From Candidatus Hydrogenedens sp. (GTDB lineage Bacteria; Hydrogenedentota; Hydrogenedentia; Hydrogenedentales; Hydrogenedentaceae), in contig JBMFRC010000001.1 of assembly GCA_049968235.1 (NCBI GenBank), positions 96,001-160,000 on the forward strand: 64,000 bases of DNA. Direction: 5' to 3'. This document shows, in pieces, positions 61,301 through 64,000 of the stretch (position 1 is the first letter of the stretch; every line of letters begins with the position of its first letter). Both the position numbers and the translations under genes were made by a program. The notes beneath the pieces are model-generated. The model saw only the letters and a program-made list of their open reading frames with translations, had not been told where the DNA came from and made no database searches.

Positions 61301-64000
61301 ACAAAGAAGTCGGGACCGTATCCATTTTCACTGGGACAATCTCCAAAGCATACCGGAATAGGTTGCCGGAGCCGAGGCTGAGAAATATACGGTGTTCCTC
61401 CTTGTGTTGGGTCTCGTCCAACACTATTATCGGTACCGGGTGAAGAGAACACAAAGCGAACCTGATAACGTGGGTCTCCCGGACGGGAATACCACACTGG
61501 TGAATTATCCAATCGTAATGGCAAATCAATATAATCAACAGTTCCATCATTATTAATAATCGGTGGGTCAAATACTCCATTTGTATTTCTCGGGTCCCAA
61601 TCATTGTCCCGCCAGATTGAAACACCACTTTCTTTCCCATTTGCAGGGTCTTCTTCATTTAACGGTAATAAATCGTTATATGGGTCAAATCCACGAACTG
61701 TTGTTTGCGTATTCGCATTATAAAATTCAACAATTACCTGCTCTAAGAAGGTAGGGTCTTTAACCACATACCAGGGACTACCATTCTTCGGAGTTCCTGC
61801 TCTTAGCCGTAAAGTCCTTCCCTGAGCACCTGTAATTTCAAAGGCTTCCACCCGTTTATTTACTTCCTGGTCCGCCTGACCATAAGCGATCAGCCACATA
61901 CCCACTATATTCTGTGTCCATGCACCATTAGAATAGAAATCTTTAAGGCTCGTTTCAGGAATAATAATATCTCGAGCATCAGGACTGAATGCCTTATCTC
62001 CAGCAGATGCACCGGTACCATTTCCGTAAGCAATTAAATTTTCAACACGGTTCATTGATGCGTCAATACCTAAAATAGCAATAGGCTGTCCACCGGGAAT
62101 TATAACCGGTGTTGTAATACCACTGGTTGAAGGAGGAAGTAATGCATCCGTCATATCTACAATTCGTGACGGTACACTCACCTGCAACATATCATGTCCA
62201 TAGAAATCCTGCAAACCACCTTCTTCCGGATTTGTCTTAACAACAGCTCCTCGCGATGTTAAACCACCCTGAGAAAACACAACCCCTGCGAATTGTGCTG
62301 TTGTAGGAGTTCTATCCGGTAACCGTGCAGGAACTAAACAACGAAACTCCTCAAAAGCACTTACTGTATCGGATGTTCGGATTACCACAAATAAATCATC
62401 TCCCCTATGTCCTCCTGCTGTAAGTGCCTTTGCATCCTTTTCCATCGGGACAACATTTGCAACACCTTCATCATCATATTCTGGAGATACTATATCCAAA
62501 AGCAAAGATTTCTTTGCCGAAGATGTTATCTTTTCTGTATCTTTAACATCTTTTATTATTTCCGGAGATAACGGAAGTGATAAATTGCTATTTGCTTCTA
62601 AACTCTTTGCAGTTATAGGTGGATTGGCTCCTCCGGAGCGTATATCGGATTGAGGCACTGTCCATGGCTGTGCAGGTGTTAATTTTAATACCCATGCAAG
62701 GTCTTTTAATCCATCCCATGCTTTCTTCTGGGCAGAAGTAAGTTGCGGTCTTTCCAGGTCAGATAAATCAACATTTCCATCTGTTACAATACCGTCACCA
62801 CTCAAATCATCTGGAATATTATCTCCATCTAAATCTACAGGTTCCGGTTTAATACCCCATTCTAAGGAGCCCGGAACCAGAGGGACGATTCTATCCGTAA
62901 AGACAGGAACAGATACAGTATCTAAAAACACAGGACCTGTAAACACCCCATCCGCATTTGTATCCTCATAAAGCAAGACACCTGAAGATGGGAGTGTTCC
63001 ACCTGTGCTATCCAATGGAGTTAAGTCAGATGGGTCAAATTCCGGTCCCCAGAACGCAACATATATGCTATTTAAAGCTACGGGACCTGAACGATTTACT
63101 ACGGGGTCATCTGCACCGGATAAGTTAAATCCTAACACTGCTACGGGTTGCGATTTATATTCTACCTTCTGTCTCAAAATTCGAGCGGAACGGGACTCAC
63201 CATTGGGTCCTGAACTTACTGTGTTATTGCCCCATCCTGCTGGCCAATCTGCCATTTGCGGATAACGATTGCGAACCATTGTGTTTTGTGTAACTAACCA
63301 GGGACCCCGTTCTACCGCATTGGCTCGTCCTCCTCTAACACCATAAGGATACTGAGAGACCGATAATTTGTTCCCATTCATCATATAAGGAGATATATAG
63401 GCTGAATGTCCATTCTCAAGTTCTAATATATTCCCACTGTTACTCTTTATATAGTATCTACCTCCATTATTATCTATAAACCACCAGCCCGATAAATCTA
63501 CTCCTGCGAAATTACCATCTAATAATTCTGCATAATAGACATCATCCTTGTATCCTGCCCAGACACCTTGCCATGTTTCTATAACATTAGGGTCTTCGCT
63601 TGGGTCGAAATGATAGTATTCAAGGTTATCCCCAAGTGTCCCTTCATCTGCATATACAATACAACGCGAACCAAAGTTTACAAGACCTAATCTCATGGGC
63701 CATGTATAATAATCCGGTAAAGTTGGTTGAATAAATGGTTTAGGATATGCTGTACTTCGTGGAGTTAAAGAACGAGGTAATAATGGGTCATCAAAGGTAG
63801 GTTCAAAAGGTACGGTTTCAAAAGCATACTGAAACGATGTTAACTCATCTAAATTAGGAACAGGCTGACCTGTCCAGAAAATCGCCTCTGAATAGTCCGG
63901 TAAGATACCCGGATTATATAAATATCCTAGCGCAGAACTGGAATTTAATAAAGGATTCGTATTGGGGTCAAGAATCAGGTCAGAAGGAGGTGCTAATCCC
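55399..64000 (-). CDS. Giant surface protein, 5'-truncated at the window edge and longer than 2,860 aa. It contains PKD domains, IPT/TIG domains, internal super-repeats and a C-terminal TM helix plus Lys-rich tail.
   Basis: Manual translation shows the reading frame stays open from the annotated Met (63696) to the window end at 64000, where the protein reads ...NPGILPDYSEAIFWTGQPVPNLDELTSFQYAFETVPFEPTFDDPLLPRSLTPRSTAYPKPFIQPTLPDYYTWPMRLGLVNF.... The PKD domains are WDFGDGTQSTDRNPTHTYSQAGTYTVSVVIKDKNG and WSFGDNVPAIESTQQNPIHRYTKEGFYSVTLEVTF. IPT-like modules lie near the C-terminus. The C-terminal tail is FGCAERQDTQQSSFSAYAFDIGLVIAVLLFLLSAKKKQTT*. Confidence 0.75.
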   Translation of the reverse strand, partial: GLAPPSDLILDPNTNPLLNSSSALGYLYNPGILPDYSEAIFWTGQPVPNLDELTSFQYAFETVPFEPTFDDPLLPRSLTPRSTAYPKPFIQPTLPDYYTWPMRLGLVNFGSRCIVYADEGTLGDNLEYYHFDPSEDPNVIETWQGVWAGYKDDVYYAELLDGNFAGVDLSGWWFIDNNGGRYYIKSNSGNILELENGHSAYISPYMMNGNKLSVSQYPYGVRGGRANAVERGPWLVTQNTMVRNRYPQMADWPAGWGNNTVSSGPNGESRSARILRQKVEYKSQPVAVLGFNLSGADDPVVNRSGPVALNSIYVAFWGPEFDPSDLTPLDSTGGTLPSSGVLLYEDTNADGVFTGPVFLDTVSVPVFTDRIVPLVPGSLEWGIKPEPVDLDGDNIPDDLSGDGIVTDGNVDLSDLERPQLTSAQKKAWDGLKDLAWVLKLTPAQPWTVPQSDIRSGGANPPITAKSLEANSNLSLPLSPEIIKDVKDTEKITSSAKKSLLLDIVSPEYDDEGVANVVPMEKDAKALTAGGHRGDDLFVVIRTSDTVSAFEEFRCLVPARLPDRTPTTAQFAGVVFSQGGLTSRGAVVKTNPEEGGLQDFYGHDMLQVSVPSRIVDMTDALLPPSTSGITTPVIIPGGQPIAILGIDASMNRVENLIAYGNGTGASAGDKAFSPDARDIIIPETSLKDFYSNGAWTQNIVGMWLIAYGQADQEVNKRVEAFEITGAQGRTLRLRAGTPKNGSPWYVVKDPTFLEQVIVEFYNANTQTTVRGFDPYNDLLPLNEEDPANGKESGVSIWRDNDWDPRNTNGVFDPPIINNDGTVDYIDLPLRLDNSPVWYSRPGDPRYQVRFVFSSPGTDNSVGRDPTQGGTPYISQPRLRQPIPVCFGDCPSENGYGPDFFVVIRTSSAISAGDAFQAAIVSFGGDTPTEPDPDNFVRIYPGAGDINDGLFYLYSEFPWGNRALGFISFFKDPLIYRYWAYNDRLRKWTARAEVDMSQAQSDRLGLNWIRTNPVASGRTKTIVALQVPTVDFTADRQRQIPGGQIKFTLVPGSGITLASVQWDFGDGTQSTDRNPTHTYSQAGTYTVSVVIKDKNGLSASKIKRDYIEILSAPYVSFTAQPNSGYITPDAMGEKEPGLDVQFRDMSVGTDIWKVTAWSWSFGDNVPAIESTQQNPIHRYTKEGFYSVTLEVTFKNVNTNETMKLCYLIPNYITVGPCIGCPSTTEGEGQTEGTTEGENQEEPSAKFSVQSIIKDKEALLPLTDWVPLFNFTMGYDPENPAPRVLKSLVYRIRADKRSQGELNYGNQGGPNISDLLEFALFRENYSKKEEYNNQLDPYYDELLFKWNSDGTPLAQILTQNPYSPEGITYRLNFIGSGTPDKPDYPVVTAPNQDEGFDGNSYIVAVRTSATWRSQITMACDVLRAEMIKLNGIFPRNTDGDAIDEYDPNFYDAKKPEKMISDTGYSASFTVWDLNGIINPEQWEYSGFDAWNYPTRLYTPLAEHTRPKWSKFNQLLYMYAGELLSFRRLVAMDTWKPVIGINVHSTKSVHADGYDTLVGPRYTAEKRIWSQLREVNVIFTDIGADPYGPPGNGGFDPRESLDKVSTQINGLLINSDKVLFQDIVFNGVWVWHDTNNNGKFDPPTPLPDGQGVQLNGDYPLLPETVIGINLSEGFILPTGQLLNWEYIPFPPGGGDPWWKINLRFFYGRRRYVTPSDNDVSGFVEPIPDNYVGVATGSEYASDYFVVIRTDSGFKDVSQTVPDGNGVMMGADFRVFIEPRRVDNNGKPTGGIYVDSQIPPLGGLLDGGGPPWQSDLRWGQQEPWWNQRTVNEKSTKPMKVGLDVHDLVLTYTSDSPYKFESDIFYGSGSINLGNCLGYSVGLYDYPKDFDKWMDPEGKIRTQFLNLHSVGVTRWREFGGFTYSITDNNTFTVSFDYTHSRGQYAYETVPFDHVNILGPDTRSSAYVNPLDQPALPDYTTWSRNIGPNEYPRASQWASEFNRARLLTQKTDINSEHTAMLGINLVGSGDYVVNNEGQEAPSVAKIVVAFWGPDFSPDLLMPLDPDGKSYDSGVLLWEDTDQNGIFFEPKLLATYWDLPMPNIGDKPVPLNNLQWSSWPEPIDIDGDGSPDDMDGNGLIDQRDYAWVLTMYPKEKWRLPTDDFMNFLFGTVPIECGNIDFSDVIFEKNIKEKSSEETNTTNQSLEKQITNETGNNPGDDLFITVRLNDKGKRFQSFRAVIPATLPGRSDSEKKAGIQFFPQVNTSSTAYIKSSPEEDPVQDFYGNDMLETNIPVQIYDFTSQQQAIVPGGPSFCVMGFDISTNRPEDSLYQGTNGVGSEKTFTVSGVTFEPNSLIGDFLIDSAFESYEIVGNTTNQVYLLSGTPRNGSWRIERNPSFLEEVTLEFYDEGTNANFNPLNDLLPLHIDPQISGIALYRDNDADPRNRNGIFDADIDIPIPLDATPYYIGQTGEATQVKFVFSSPGTDDVPIPRVQQSRNRQWIPTSFGSNNKNPFYGPDFFVILRASDKMRTGVNFRIGVVNWGPNTPTEPDPDTWARLSGEQRNDFRKFREFPWGVRGLGFITYFKEPPVRYYMDGKKAGAKADNSGVNWVRSHCTKKRRTGVINSINRIIAPSSLVIESTSISELPIQTLEGQEITLVIYGRNFGNNPVVRLSGYQVRVIQATDTSITIAVSTMPGVVPMEPIVLLVRNTSNGDEASRTDLFTLTSKPVGRIPIINSINPNKGTSKEFPVTIQGSNFSTIENIQVYFGNTLMPVQSVSADGTSILITFPLGGIPTVGSLDVTVKNIDQGTEKTLVGGFEYANDAQTPKKRFYMFGCAERQDTQQSSFSAYAFDIGLVIAVLLFLLSAKKKQTT

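Noticed and set aside
15998-63696. Dozens of plus-strand ORFs of 60-160 aa embedded in the giant minus-strand genes (for example 16308..16514, 23434..23751, 28119..28589, 56021..56248 and 59566..59952)
   Set aside because: They are antisense to very long, uninterrupted, motif-rich ORFs. They are low-complexity, have no Shine-Dalgarno context, and have the composition expected from chance open frames in AT-rich DNA.
1-64000. Alternative genetic code or stop-codon recoding
   Set aside because: ORFs of 6-8 kb are uninterrupted in the standard code. Typical TAA, TAG and TGA stops occur at sensible gene ends, so there is no sign of reassignment.

Overview
The window is AT-rich bacterial DNA, and 39 of the roughly 40 genes lie on the minus strand. 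It reads as one continuous cell-envelope and secretion super-locus from a Gram-negative organism, since a KdtA/WaaA Kdo transferase is present. Taxonomy cannot be fixed from sequence alone; the giant proteins, pilus-rich content and low GC are reminiscent of Omnitrophota-, Elusimicrobiota- or Planctomycetota-like lineages. All gene descriptions below run in the direction of transcription, from high to low coordinates.

(1) 64000+ to 55399: a giant surface protein of more than 2,860 aa that runs off the window edge. It contains two PKD domains and IPT/TIG domains, is built from internal super-repeats, and ends in a transmembrane helix plus KKK tail that looks like a sorting signal.

(2) 55332..52915: a metzincin zinc metalloprotease (HELGHFLGLDH).

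(3) 52731..40019: a complete type II secretion system (T2SS) in canonical order, gspC-D-E-F-G-H-I-J-K-L-M.

(4) 39805..29640: a type IV pilus (T4P) motor and pilin block. It encodes PilB, PilT, a second PilB, PilC, a 290-aa pilin, and FimU/GspH-like, PilV-like and PilW-like minor pilins.

(5) 29533..15998: two giant proteins that follow the minor pilins. The first (2,536 aa) sits at the pilX position and has a PilX_N-type N-terminus plus many DxDxDG calcium-loop motifs. The second (1,973 aa) sits at the pilY1 position.

(6) 15922..14525: a PEGA/FGE-sulfatase-domain lipoprotein.

(7) 14270..7420: a pilM-pilN fusion, pilO-like and pilP-like genes, and a 1,085-aa PilQ-like secretin. The secretin contains a Pro/Gly-rich segment and a tandem Gly-Tyr repeat of GGYGGGMYGGG type that is also visible as a DNA tandem repeat.

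(8) 7330..1303: housekeeping genes. These are kdtA/waaA, a sugar ABC importer (binding protein plus two permeases, no ATPase), a DUF962 membrane protein and a TPR protein.

(9) 409..1260: the single plus-strand gene. It encodes an ECF-sigma-like region 4 fused to a C-terminal zinc-finger anti-sigma motif. Diverging from it on the minus strand at 1..307 is a partial glycoside-hydrolase-like gene.

The most interesting aspect is the physical fusion of a full T2SS and a full T4P system with roughly 7,000 aa of giant putative tip-adhesin or cargo proteins. Low-complexity extensions recur on the envelope-spanning parts: proline-rich on GspD, Pro/Gly-rich and Gly-Tyr-rich on PilQ, a G/P/Q-rich tail on PilMN, and a serine-rich linker in one PilB. 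Together these suggest a specialised, possibly attachment or predation related, surface apparatus. All functional calls rest on motif recognition from the translated ORFs and on synteny. No database searches were possible.
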